Below are positions 38,439 through 49,785 of a stretch of 64,000 nucleotides of DNA, in pieces. Each line of letters starts with the position of its first letter. Within the stretch, counting starts at the first letter, position 1. This DNA is from Octopus sinensis (lineage: Eukaryota). Under the pieces are notes generated by a model that was not told the origin of the DNA, did no database searches, and saw only the letters and a list, made by a program, of their open reading frames with translations. The DNA is taken from assembly GCF_006345805.1 (NCBI RefSeq), contig NC_043000.1, forward strand, positions 85,684,001-85,748,000, in the 5' to 3' direction. The translations under genes and the position numbers were made by a program.

Positions 38439-39870
38439 CCTATTAGTGTTCAGATTAATTCGTCAAATGTAATGCTTATCTATTCACATGAATTTTGATT
38501 TATTCGGGTTCAAGTGGGGTCTCCACAATGTTTGCTTGTAACTTTTTCTACATACAGATTTAAAACTTTGTAAATGGGTGCTTATATGCCAGTGGTTTAT
38601 AGTTATGTAATTTTAGCTGATCTTTCTGATTAAATTTGGCTTTTATGGACAGGTAAATTTAATTAACAGGTGCTTGTAGTCTTTTGGTGGCAGAGGTACC
38701 TTGTAGCTTTTTACATATACAATATATGAATTAACTATAGTTAATAAACTAAAAACCACAAAATGTACCTCCATTTCTTCCCAGGTCGACCAACTGGGTA
38801 ACATTGCCCGATATTGGTCAGATTTATCAATCCCACCCATATATTTGATATAACAAATATTCACTAGGGGTTTTCCCTAGGCACCAACACCAGGTTGTTC
38901 ATTAGTAGACAGAAATAAAATCTGTCTCTTGTCTTTAAAAGCAGTAGCTAATAAATTTTCCTTTTATATTTGTAAAATGTCCCCTCTTTTTTAAAATTTT
39001 ATTTTCATTTCATGGGGTAAACCTTTATGGTTGCCCATAACAGTACTGCACGTATAAGTACTTACACAGGCAAGATTTTCTGCCAAAGCCACTGAAGAAA
39101 AAAGAAAAAAAAACCCAGTCAAAATAGAGGTGTCAGTGCTGATAGTGAAATGGTTCAGTAAGAGACCATACTACATCATGTCCCAATCCATATGGTCTAT
39201 TTCAATTATATTTTTTACCTGTGTAAACATCAAAGTTTACACAATAGCCAGTGTCTGATTCACAAGATTCCCATACCATGATCACCTATTTAGTGGGTTT
39301 GGCAGGCATCTACTGCCGAAAATGTACTCTGCTCTTATAGCCTATCATGGCTTCATCTACACTGAGATTTTTCCCAGGTAGATACAGTTTTATAACTATT
39401 AAGGTGTAAATCAATTACAAGATGTACATTGTACAGGGGATCATAGTTTGGGTCGTTTTTGCTGGGGACATTAGCAGAATCAATTAAATGTAAATACTGA
39501 GATATTTTCGAATACATCTTCGACATTATACTTGAGATATACGGATCACCATACCTTATATTTATATTTTCTATATCATCAAGAGTAAAACCTTCAAATT
39601 TGGAATCGTTACTTGCTGATGCCATTTCATTAAAAACTAAGGTACGGACTTCTCTTCAAACGCTGAAAAAAAACCATGTCAAAACAATTTCACAGTATTT
39701 ATGCTTGAATAAAGGCGGAAAACTTCATCTCGCATTGTCTCAAAGCTACGGGAATTCAATGTGATTTATTTTTTTTTTAGCGATTTCATAGAGCAGTTGG
39801 ATACGGCCAGATTTGGCCAGTTTGAACAAATAAATGGGAATTAATTTTGGCCGGTTTGAACACTAAAGGT
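38439..39870 (-). mobile_element. Internally deleted, decayed piggyBac transposon (PGBD4-like transposase) in G3BP intron 1
   Basis: Termini TTAA-CCTATTAGTGTTCA and TGAACACTAAAGGT-TTAT. Minus frames give YLHLIDS..PSKNDPNYDPLY.V..VID, RQILFLSTNEQP and Y.KYMGGIDKSDQ, the piggyBac third-Asp motif YN..MGGVD..DQ. Confidence 0.88.
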
Positions 39871-41844
39871 TTATATAGTAAAACAAGACAATTCACAATA
39901 CCATATATCAAACTAGGTCTTGCCAGCATTTATTACCCAGTTGACCAACAGGCAATAGCTCATTATTTGATTTTTTTTTTCAGTTTATGTCATTCTTGTA
40001 CTATTGTAATAAAGGTTTGCAAATGTTCCATTTCTTCTGTATATGGAAAATTAAACATTAAAACAATAATATGAAGTCCTAAACAAAAGTAGTTTAAAGA
40101 CTATCCATTTGTCTTTTAACTTGACTCCCTCGGTGTCATAATTATGAATACAAGTGTAATGGACAGTGTGATTGAAGATTTTATTTCCAATTAAAATTTA
40201 AGCATTTGTGATCATTCTCTGATTTACAGTCAAAGAAATAAGTGGTTTTTGTGTTCAAACATACGTGATGTGTGTTGTAAGGAATGGCTCAAGATGTAAA
40301 AGTGATATGATAATTTGGAACAAATTCTTGTCTTAAAAACTAAATATTGATAGCACTTATAAACTGTATTTATAAACTCTCTTACAAATGTACAAGATGT
40401 TCAGTACCTCTATTCCACATTGTAACAGCAAATCATGATTTATGAAAATTGCAAAGCTGTGAATGAAGTAGGGTGGTGGGGATTTTAATATAGCTATTAT
40501 ATAAAATGTAAGGATAAAAGCATAGATCTCAAGGAAAGTTAAGGACCATTGTGTAGTGGAGAGGAGACGGGCAAAAATGAAAGTGTGGCATGGAGAGGAG
40601 TAGGGGTTAAAATTGCAACAAAACTGATGAATAAATGAAACACTTATTGCATGTCAGATTTACAACTGTCATTTTAAATAATGTTTTTATTGTCTGATAG
40701 TCCATTTGGCTTAAAATAATTTAAACCTGCTGGTCTTAAAATTTAAGTTTGAAAATCTTGTCATAAACTGTTCTGTTTCCAATTAATCTGTCTAATATAT
40801 TGTTTATGCATGTATGTTTTTAAATGATAGTGGCCTGCATCCCAGAAATCAAATGCCCTGTTGTATGATGGCAATTATTTATTTGCTATATTTAATATAA
40901 ATTTCGTAGTTATATTTTTCAGTAACTGGAATGTTTAATGTGTATCGTGTCATTAACAAGTTGTCAGCATTTTCTGTTCAAAGGTAGAGTGCATAGGCTG
41001 TGTGCAACCTACTTTGACACTGAAATTAATATTTCTCTGTTATTACTACTAATATGTATTGACTAAAGTTCAGACTTCACTGTATGTTGATAGTGGTAGT
41101 GCTGGATGTGTGGAAAATATAGGTACATGGTCATCAAAATATTGGTTACATGGAATTGACTCATGAAAGTGGAATAAATTGGCTTTGTAGAAATGACATT
41201 AGTAGTGATAGTATTTGTTAGTAAGATGGAGCTCAAGTTATTTCAATTACTGGATAATCATTGCAGAATTATCAGCTGAAAACTAGAATAATCAGGTAAC
41301 TCAGCTATATAAACCCTTCTTTTACTATATCTCTGCCTTCATTTCAGTTAATTTTGAAAATAATTAATTTCGTAAAATAAAACTTATTGAGGTGGCTGTT
41401 TGAAATATAAAATATTTTGGTAGCAAGTTTTGAGATTACTTCAAAACAGGAAGTGTATATGATAGCACACACAGGGGAGGTCCCAGACGTGTAGGTATCC
41501 AAGTTAAATATTTTCGCGAAAGAGAATCCTTATTTTAACTTATGTGTTAGTGGGTTCCAGTATGATGCATATGGTCAAATGGAAATGAAACTTTGTTTTT
41601 AGCAAAATTTATCAGAGGAATATAATTTGCATTTGAATCATGAAATAATGTTTGGCACTTTGATTTTGGTGCCCGACAATCTGTCTACACAATCTGAACC
41701 ACAGTGACAATGCATGTTGTTGGGAAACAGATTGATCTGCTACTGAGTATGAAAACTATGTTAACAAAAATAAAATTAATATTAATATTTTTATGTTATG
41801 AAAATTGTTGATTTCTAGTAATGTTTTTAATTTTTATAAAATAG

Positions 41845-41926
41845 GTTTTACAGTAACAATTCAAGCTTTGTTCATGGTGGTATTGAGAAAGTTGGCGAAG
41901 AACAGCAACCTGTTGTGGGTCAAGAT
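41845..41926 (+). CDS. G3BP: G3BP coding exon 2 (FYSNNSSFVHGGIEKVGEEQQPVVGQD)
   Basis: ATAG acceptor, GTAAGT donor, 82 nt. Continues R-FY..NSS.VHGG of the NTF2-like domain. Confidence 0.96.
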
Positions 41927-42515
41927 GTAAGTATTTTCATAGTTTGCTGACCATAATGGTGTTCAGTTCATTTAGAATTGAGAAAAGTCCTACTTCAGAT
42001 TTCTATATTATTTCTAAAATAAGTAACCAGAATTATTTATTTTATGAATGGAGTTGTTGGCTGTCCAACCATTTTTGGCAGTATAAGTGCCAAGGTGTTT
42101 TCTTGTTTGTTTTTCCTACTAATTTATTATCAGCTTCTCAATCACAATTATACTGCCAGTTTACATATCTGTATTATGAAAACTTCTTCCAATATTTCTC
42201 CTGAAATGTGTCTGTATAAAAAATCACAAAAGTGCTAACATATATTCATGGTAAAAAAAAATGTGCAGCCTGAAAATATAGTTGACATCAATGCAAAGTT
42301 TTTCTGAAACTAGTTTTAATTAGAACTTGCTGTGTTTCCAGTCTTCTATCACAATTTTGCATTGAGCATTTGGTGATTTTTGTATACAAATTTACCTTTG
42401 CATGTATTTACCAATTACACTGAAATTACATTAAATACAAATTAGATTAAAGTTTTACATAAATTGTTGGCATTTTTAATTTCACATTGGTTTCTTATTT
42501 TAAAAATTTTTTCAG

Positions 42516-42617
42516 AACATCCATAAGAAAATTTTATCTCTGAACTTCAGTGATTGTCGAACAAAGATCCGCCAGGTAGACAGTCAATTTACGGTATCAA
42601 ATGCAGTGTTAATTCAA
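42516..42617 (+). CDS. G3BP: G3BP coding exon 3 ([34 protein letters not shown])
   Basis: TTTTTCAG acceptor, GTAAGC donor, 102 nt, phase 0-0. IH.K..SLNF..C.TKIR.VD motif. Confidence 0.96.
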
Positions 42618-43114
42618 GTAAGCTTTTCTTTATTTTACTTGTATCTTGCAAATGTTTTATGAATTTACATATGCTATTTTCATTTTTGTTTTGAAGTATA
42701 ATGCTTTCTTCATACTTTGTATGCTTATTATTATTTTCCATTTGTTCAACTATTTGAGTGTTAAATATTTTTATCCACATTTGTTGGATAATTATTAAAT
42801 TTTGTGAGTTTTTACACTTGTCTCTCAACCTGCAATTTTCAAAATCTAAATACTGCAATAAATCCTTGCATTGTGATGTAGGTCTGAAAGAGTGATTCTT
42901 TCCAATGACTTTGTGGATATTTCCTGAACATGTTTGCAATTTTAATCAGTCCAGATGTTGGTAGAATGCATTGGCAAGACATTCAAATCTTTTCTCCTAT
43001 GCCTACCCTCATGTATCTATCCCTGCTCACATCATTTATGGATTTTATTTGAATATGAATGAGAAACTTTCCATTTATCCAGGTTTTGAGATAATTTTTA
43101 ATTTAAATTTTCAG

Positions 43115-43283
43115 GTTACAGGGGAACTATCCAATTATGGCCAGCCAATGCGCCGTTTCATGCAAACTTTTGTATTGGCGCCACAGTCACCCAAAAAATA
43201 TTATGTCCATAATGACATATTTCGTTACCAGGATGAAGTATTTCCAGATTCTGAATCTGATGTAGAAAATTTTGAAAGTGGTG
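43115..43283 (+). CDS. G3BP: G3BP coding exon 4 ([56 protein letters not shown])
   Basis: TTTTCAG acceptor, GTACGT donor. Hallmark [11 protein letters not shown] and [14 protein letters not shown] motifs. Confidence 0.96.
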
Positions 43284-43373
43284 GTACGTTGGCTTTTTTT
43301 CCTTCTGTTGTGCTAAAAGTGTTAAGAAATAATTTAATTTCTGATTATCTCAAATATTTTAAAACTTTTCCAG

Positions 43374-43464
43374 GCTCTGAGCAGGAAAACACTGAAACTG
43401 TTACTCAAACAGGACCAATACAAGAATCGGTATCACAATATTATGAGCCACCATCTGTTTTAAG
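43374..43464 (+). CDS. G3BP: G3BP coding exon 5 ([30 protein letters not shown])
   Basis: TTTTCCAG acceptor, GTATGT donor, 91 nt, phase 1-2, consistent with its neighbours. Confidence 0.88.
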
Positions 43465-44024
43465 GTATGTATTGACACCCATTTTGAAGTAAGGAATGCC
43501 CATATTCTCTTTCTCCCTTGGTGTTTCATGGAGGGTGTTATTTACTAAATTAAAATTGTAAAGATATAGCAATATATAATTCTTCTTGAAGCAAATTAAC
43601 TAATTCTTTAAATTTTTCTGTTATAAACCTGTTTTGCAATCAGAGATTACACCTAATGGTCTTCAAATTTGAAAAATTTTCCTATTTCCATTAATACTTA
43701 AGGTGAGTAATTAGAAAACCCCAGGGATGAATTCTATAGAAAAGATCTGTCTTTTCATATATAGGTGGTGAGGAGTGGAATACTTGTGTATTAATAGCAG
43801 GTTAAGAATGAAATGAAGCTGACAAATGCACTTATTGAGAATATTAGGCATTAAGGTAGTAAAACAATCTGCTGGGTACTTTTTCTTGGTGAGGCAGTTT
43901 TTTCATTTGGAACATTTGGTTCCATTAAGTCATTAGGTGAAATGTGTGAAGATATAATTATTTGTGGTTGATCTCTCTCTCTCTCGCTCTCAATTCAATT
44001 TCTAACTAAAATCCATCATTTTAG

Positions 44025-44182
44025 TAATGGAAATGCTGATATAGATGAAGGACCAGATTCACCTGCTGAGAAATCGGTGGAAGAAGAACCCAAGGAAGAA
44101 GTTGTTGAAGAGCCAGTATCAGAGCCGGAGAAAGAACTGGAAATCAAGACCCCAGAGCCAGAACCTGTTCCAGAGGCACCTG
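44025..44182 (+). CDS. G3BP: G3BP coding exon 6, acidic region (NGNADIDEGPDSPAEKSVEEEPKEEVVEEPVSEPEKELEIKTPEPEPVPEAP)
   Basis: TTTTAG acceptor, GTAAGT donor, 158 nt, phase 2-1. Glu/Pro-rich like the G3BP acidic IDR. Confidence 0.92.
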
Positions 44183-44439
44183 GTAAGTTTTGTCTTGCAC
44201 AAATTGATAAATTTTATTGGAAATTCTTCATAATAAATTTTGTTATTTGAGTTGTAATTTAAATATTTAGATGTCTTGTGGGTCTGTCTTGCACCTTCTG
44301 TCAAGTTTTTCTACTTGCCAAGGTTTTAGCTTTATGGTTGACATTGCCACTGAATTTATTTCATTACCAGCATGTTAATAATGGTAGTATAAATCTTGAC
44401 TAAGTATACAGTTACATTTCTTGTAAACTCAATTGCTAA

Positions 44440-44900
44440 AAATCCAAATAACTTACAATATGTTCAGCTTCCATGTTGGCAAGGGCTGAATCAGAGGACA
44501 CTGTCATGCACCAGTATCTTATTTGATGTGGTTGCCCTTCCTAGTGCCAGCCATTTTTTTAGTGTACTATGTGCTTTGTGGCACCAGCACTATGGATGAT
44601 TACTTTGTAACTTACAAGGCTAAGAGTATAAAGTAACTGTATTACTGGAGAACAAGAAAATGAACCGTAATTCTATGCAGAGGGATAAGTAGTGAGAAGA
44701 CAGGATGGGGGTGTGTGTAATGGGATGGGTTGTGAAGGAAGTCTAGGGCTATCTAACATTGTAAAGGACAAGTATGGACAGAAGGTGTGAGGAGGGAAAG
44801 GAGAGAAGTAGCAATACTGAGAGGAATCATGGTCATTGAAAGGAAGAGGTGTGGGTAGCAGTGGACTAGGTTGTTGAATATTTCAGCTGAAAAACCCAAT
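44440..44900 (-). mobile_element. RTE-tail repeat in G3BP intron 6
   Basis: TTCCATGTTGGCAAGGG...GGTTGCCCTTCCTAGTGCCAGCC shared with the other RTE-tail copies. Confidence 0.55.
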
Positions 44901-45839
44901 AAAAATTAAAATTTATGGAGGTGAGAAAGTGCAGAGGGTGACGTGATGTTTAATAGTGTTAAATTAACCATTTAACATCATGCAACTCTTCTCTAATGTT
45001 GGTGGGATCCCTTGAATTGTGCAACAAGAATGGTTGCATTAACTCTCAAATTTACAGTATTCCATTCTATAACTTCAATAATAGTTTTCTGGTTTTGTGT
45101 GTGTAAAATCAAGATTTAAAGTTTAACTGAATAGCTTTGATCTCCATAGTGTTACATAAATCATAACTGATTATATTATTCTGTGATGGTCAAAATCAAA
45201 GGATTTGACTAGTAATTGTTGAAGGGTTTGTTTTTTCTATCCCATTTCATGTAATGAGAAATAGAACACATTGCTTTATAATGCTTTCTGTGTTTTTTAT
45301 ATTTTCATTCAGTGTTCCATATCTGATCTTGTTATTTTGCTTCTTCAATTGTGTTATGTTGTAGAAAGTATATTGTTTTGTCTTTACTTTGTTTAATCAC
45401 TTGATTGACTATAACAAAAGCTAGTTGTTTGGTTCATTTTACATTCAGGTGTAACATTTCTGCTGGACCACACAATTTTAACTCTTTATAAATTATGAAT
45501 GTTCTTCATATCGTGGAATCTCAAATCCTTGCTAAAAGTTGTTGCTATTGATTGTGAAACCATCGACATTTTAAAATCTTACATGTATATCATCAAAAGT
45601 AACTGATAATAAATGAGGCTGCTGTTTATATGTGGAGAGTTTCTTTTTGAAAATGATGGTAGCTGATGCAAAAATAAATTTAATGGGAGCTTAGACATTA
45701 CTACTTTTAACAATCCAAAATATCAAATCAACTGAACAATAGTGTATTCTTAATTTTCAACACCTGAAGATTGATAATTAAGTTGGTTTGCTCATATATT
45801 CATTTAGCTTATTTCTTGAAAATCTGGGTCATGAATTGA

Positions 45840-45960
45840 TAGAATTGCTAAAGCATTGGATAAAATGCCCTACTGAATTTGTTTGGCTCTGTGCAAAGGT
45901 GAAATTTGTCTTTCATCCTTCTTAGGCTGATAAAGTACCATTTAAGTACTGGGGTCAGTT
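45840..45960 (+). mobile_element. SINE family A fragment
   Basis: GTCTTTCATCCTTCTTAGGCTGATAAAGTACCA...TACTGGGGTCA core in sense orientation. Confidence 0.55.
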
Positions 45961-46302
45961 TGTAAACACCTCCCATCATATTTCAGAGCTTTGTTTATGT
46001 AAGAAATTTATTTCATTGGAAATCTATATTTTGTTAAAGCTCTCATTGAGTATGTTTAGTGGACATATTTCAAATGTTCATTACAGATAAGTCTTAAGTA
46101 TTGTAAGTTCTGCAATCTTTATTTCAGAATTATACAGTATAATCTGTTTTGGTTTTTAACAAAATGCTTAAAACTTCACTCACATTTCCCCCACATGTAG
46201 AATTATACTTGAATGATCAACTGTAACAAAAGTGTAATTTATGCCCAAGTTCTCTAATTTGTGTAAAACTATTTTCAATTTCGTTTTTGTAAATATATAT
46301 AT

Positions 46303-46366
<64 letters not shown>

Positions 46367-46468
46367 GAATATGAGTGGAAATTGAACCAGTGTGTTTAAG
46401 ATAACATGACTCTCTCTAGACAACAAAATATTGTTTTCAGTATTTATAGGATTTAATTTTTGTTTCAG

Positions 46469-46643
46469 TGGAACCGAAGCCAGTTTCTTGGGCAAGTTTG
46501 GCCAGCAAGAATGCTCCTCCATCTCAGCCATCAACCACTAGTGCAGGGCCTGCAGGTCATGCCCAGCCTTTAGGGAAAACTCAAGCTACACGGAGTGATG
46601 TTAAATTGGATATGAATCAAGGTCCACAACCTCAGAGGGCTCG
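46469..46643 (+). CDS. G3BP: G3BP coding exon 7 (EPKPVSWASLASKNAPPSQP...GPQPQRAR)
   Basis: TGTTTCAG acceptor, GTAATT donor, 175 nt, phase 1-2. SWAS..SKN motif as in G3BP. Confidence 0.93.
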
Positions 46644-46845
46644 GTAATTTGAATTTGAAGATATTTTAAAGCATTGAAATTTTTCATATCAGATTAGTTT
46701 TTAATTGAAATGTAACTTTGTTTGCTATCACTAGAGAGTGCGGGTGGGGTTTCTCTTTTCTGTGTTCAGCAAATATAGAAATACAATATATTGCTATTTG
46801 TCGTGATGTGATTGTTAATTATGATTGATATTGTCAATATTATAG

Positions 46846-47021
46846 GAACCCAAGAGAACGTATACGAGAACGAGAGAGAACAAGTGCAAGTAGGACTGAT
46901 GATGGGGATTCCGACAGTCTCAGTGGTCGCAGAGGGTCAAGATATCCTGACAGTCATCAACTTTTTGTTGGCAACTTACCGCACAACATTACTGAGAAAG
47001 AACTGCGAACCTATTTTGAAA
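46846..47021 (+). CDS. G3BP: G3BP coding exon 8 ([10 protein letters not shown]...[27 protein letters not shown])
   Basis: TATAG acceptor, GTATGT donor, 176 nt, phase 2-1. [14 protein letters not shown] is the G3BP RRM start (RNP2). Confidence 0.96.
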
Positions 47022-47099
47022 GTATGTTTTCCTCCCCTTCTCATTCAAGGTTTTTCATGTAATATCTTGAATTGTGAGAGTAATTTTCAATAATATTCT

Positions 47100-47131
<32 letters not shown>

Positions 47132-47164
47132 TTGTTATGTCCTGTATTATAACAGCATGTTTTG

Positions 47165-47870
47165 ATGGCATGACTGGCTGCAAATGATGTACCTCGCTAA
47201 CTGCCCCACTTTTGGCTGTCTACTATTTGTAGTGGAGCAGCCCACTTCTCTCACTCGAGGGTGTCCCGCACCCCTCATAGAGAAATAATGTGTGCCCCCC
47301 CTTCCTTTCTCGGAGAAATTATTACATGGAGTTCTCCAATATTCACCCATCAGGCCCCCCCCAGTCTCTTTCAATTTCTTATCACAGAAATTCTATTTTA
47401 TATTTCTCCGATATACATCTATTGGCCCCCCCCCCCACTCTATTACACATTTGAACCATACTATATGTATACCACAGATGGTACTAGCTTTACATTCTTA
47501 CCAGTAGCGCTACAAACACATGAGTGACCTGACTGAAATCCTTCAACGGGCTTGTATTATTTTTTCCTGTGTCCCAGGTAGTACTCCAGAAATACTTCTT
47601 CAGCAGAATTTTTTTTCCTCTTTACATCATATTCTATTATTTCATAGAATTTTTTTGTCTCCAAATTTTTCCTTGTATTCTATGGTCATTGTTGTATCCT
47701 GTCTGTTTTTGAAAAAACGGTGTACTTTACCATTGACCCCAGCTGACCCAAATTGCCTGACTGGCTGTGAACGGTGTACCTCGCCAACTGCCTCACTCAT
47801 TGTGGCTGTCTACTATTTATTTGTAGTGGAACGGCCCACTTCTCTCACTCGGGTGTGTCCTCCACAACAC
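47165..47870 (-). mobile_element. Probable Penelope-like element remnant: about 110-bp direct repeats (47165-47270, 47752-47870) flanking a decayed GIY-YIG-like segment
   Basis: Direct repeat GACTGGCTG...TGTACCTCGC.AACTGCC...GGCTGTCTACTATTT..GTAGTGGA..GCCCACTTCTCTCACTCG. One minus frame reads CSATGKNVKLVPSVVYI*...MYIGEI, resembling the VVY...C..YIGET motif. Confidence 0.5.
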
Positions 47871-49006
47871 AAGTTATATTGAAAAATATTCTTTTAATTC
47901 TCTTAGTTTCTGTCTGAAGCCTGCTAGAGCACTATTTTCTAAATTTCTATAATTTTTTTATATTTAAACATATTGCATTAATTTTCTTCTGTGTGTGCTT
48001 GCAGTTCCTTGCTTTTTATTTTCTGTTTTGATAATTAACTGTATTTTAGTACATTGCTCTCCTTTCCTTGTCAAGGCTGTTGATTTACTTGTAAAACATT
48101 TGAAAACATTTTGAGAAAGTGGGGTTGCATGATACATCAGTAGCGAAATCTCTGAAAACCTGGTTTTCAGAATACATTTGTGAATAGACAAAAGATGAAT
48201 TTTCTAGTTCGATATGGTGTTTGGAATTGGGAGCAGTACAGGTTCTTGCCTATATGTGCTATAGAACTTTGTCTAAAATCTTTTCTAAATTAGAAATTAT
48301 TAAAATTTTGTTTAAATATCACCATATATATATCAGTCAACAATATTCAGATGGGGTAAATAGCAATTGCTGTACAGCAAATTGAAATTAAATACACTAT
48401 TAAAGTTGAATGAATTCCTGTAAAAACAGGAAGTAACCATAATGATAAAATAATGAAGTAATGTAATTTGTCAATGCGACTAACATTATAAAACCAAATT
48501 CCCAATCTCTAAATTTGGCCTTTGTTGTGGTTCAGTAACAGAATTTATCACACATAACAGGTAATTAATTCTTCAGTTTGTAAACTACAGACAGTGCACA
48601 GGACTCTAGTCTCCACCTTCATTAGATGGAACATTGGAATTGGGGAAAATGAAGTCAATGCTTTTTAAATTACAAGAACTGGTTAACTCACGAGTGTTGG
48701 AAATTTTGGAAAATAGATATTTAAGTGTTTACCTCATTCTTTCTGAAATCAGTTCATCATTGTCACTATTGATGTCCAACTTGTCTTGAAACCTGTTATC
48801 TTGCTGCATTCAAAAAACCCTCCGAAATTACTGCACCAAGTGGTTAATTATGTCAAAAACTAGTTTGAGAATGGTATGTACTTTCTGATCCTTCTAGGGG
48901 GGCAGCAATACAGAATAAGAACCAACTCTACATTCATGCATTTAAAAACTTGAAAAAAAATGTGAAATAATTTATCTGAAGTTTTAATTTTTTTATTTTA
49001 TTTTAG

Positions 49007-49065
49007 ATTATGGCCGTGTTGTTGAACTTCGAATTAACACGAAGAGTGGAGGTGGAAAATTACCC
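49007..49065 (+). CDS. G3BP: G3BP coding exon 9 (YGRVVELRINTKSGGGKLP)
   Basis: Long T-tract and TTTTAG acceptor, GTAAGT donor, 59 nt. YG.VVELRIN..GKLP RRM segment. Confidence 0.96.
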
Positions 49066-49276
49066 GTAAGTTCTGCTGCTGCATCTATTTTATGTTAAGG
49101 GATGTATAGGGCTTGAAAGGTCATTGCATTTGATAAGGATCAATGTTTAATTCCATCTATCTATTAAGGCTAATGTGTGATACAGTCCTGGAATCTACCA
49201 CTTTTACTTTAGATTCTTAAGACTTAAATATTAATGGTTTACATACAATAAAACTTTGTTTTTTTTCTCTTTACAG

Positions 49277-49336
49277 AACTTCGGTTTTGTGGTTTTTGAT
49301 ACTGCAGAACCTGTACAGCATATTTTAAGTGTTAAG
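49277..49336 (+). CDS. G3BP: G3BP coding exon 10 (NFGFVVFDTAEPVQHILSVK)
   Basis: TTTACAG acceptor, GTAATT donor, 60 nt. NFGFVVFD is RNP1. Confidence 0.96.
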
Positions 49337-49491
49337 GTAATTACAATTTTTTCTATTTTTACTTCCATCTATATATAACCAGGAAACTGGGCACACAGAC
49401 AATCGACAATTTTGTGTGCACATTTAACAGCTTTAAAATTATGCGTTTTGAGCAAGCTTTGAGTTTTTTTTCCCTCATTTTCTTTGCACAG

Positions 49492-49785
49492 CCCATCAAA
49501 TACAATGGTGAGCATAGGCTGAATGTGGAAGAAAAGAAACCTCGTGGTGCTGGCGGAAGTGGTCCAGAAGGTGGAAGACCGATGAGTGGAAGAGGTGGTC
49601 GTGGTGCTCTTGGAAGTGGCACTGCACGAGGTAGCATCATGGGTGGCAACATGAGTGGTGGCCGTGCTGGCATCCGGCCCTCATCTGGTGGTGGAAACAG
49701 ACAAGACAACCGACTAGGTGGTCTTGGTAGTGCTGGTGGACGTGGTGGTCCAGGAACTGGAGGTGGTGGTGGTGCACGACGCTGA
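49492..49785 (+). CDS. G3BP: G3BP last coding exon (PIKYNGEHRLNVEEKKPRG plus RGG/Gly-rich tail, stop)
   Basis: TTTGCACAG acceptor. RLNVEEKK motif followed by RG/RGG repeats and TGA at 49783-49785. Confidence 0.96.
   Translation, partial: PIKYNGEHRLNVEEKKPRGAGGSGPEGGRPMSGRGGRGALGSGTARGSIMGGNMSGGRAGIRPSSGGGNRQDNRLGGLGSAGGRGGPGTGGGGGARR

Larger units (their letters stand above)
34248..49785 (+). other. G3BP: G3BP (Ras GTPase-activating protein-binding protein, Rasputin) gene, coding span. 11 coding exons, 1461 nt, 486 aa
   Basis: Exon lengths 95+82+102+169+91+158+175+176+59+60+294 = 1461 nt. All introns are GT-AG and the phases are consistent. Domain order is NTF2-like, acidic, Pro-rich, RRM, RGG, as in G3BP1/2. 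Confidence 0.97.

Noticed and set aside
42971-43492. 173-aa ORF as a single exon
   Set aside because: It is G3BP exons 4 and 5 plus read-through into intron sequence. The N-terminal part has no G3BP similarity.
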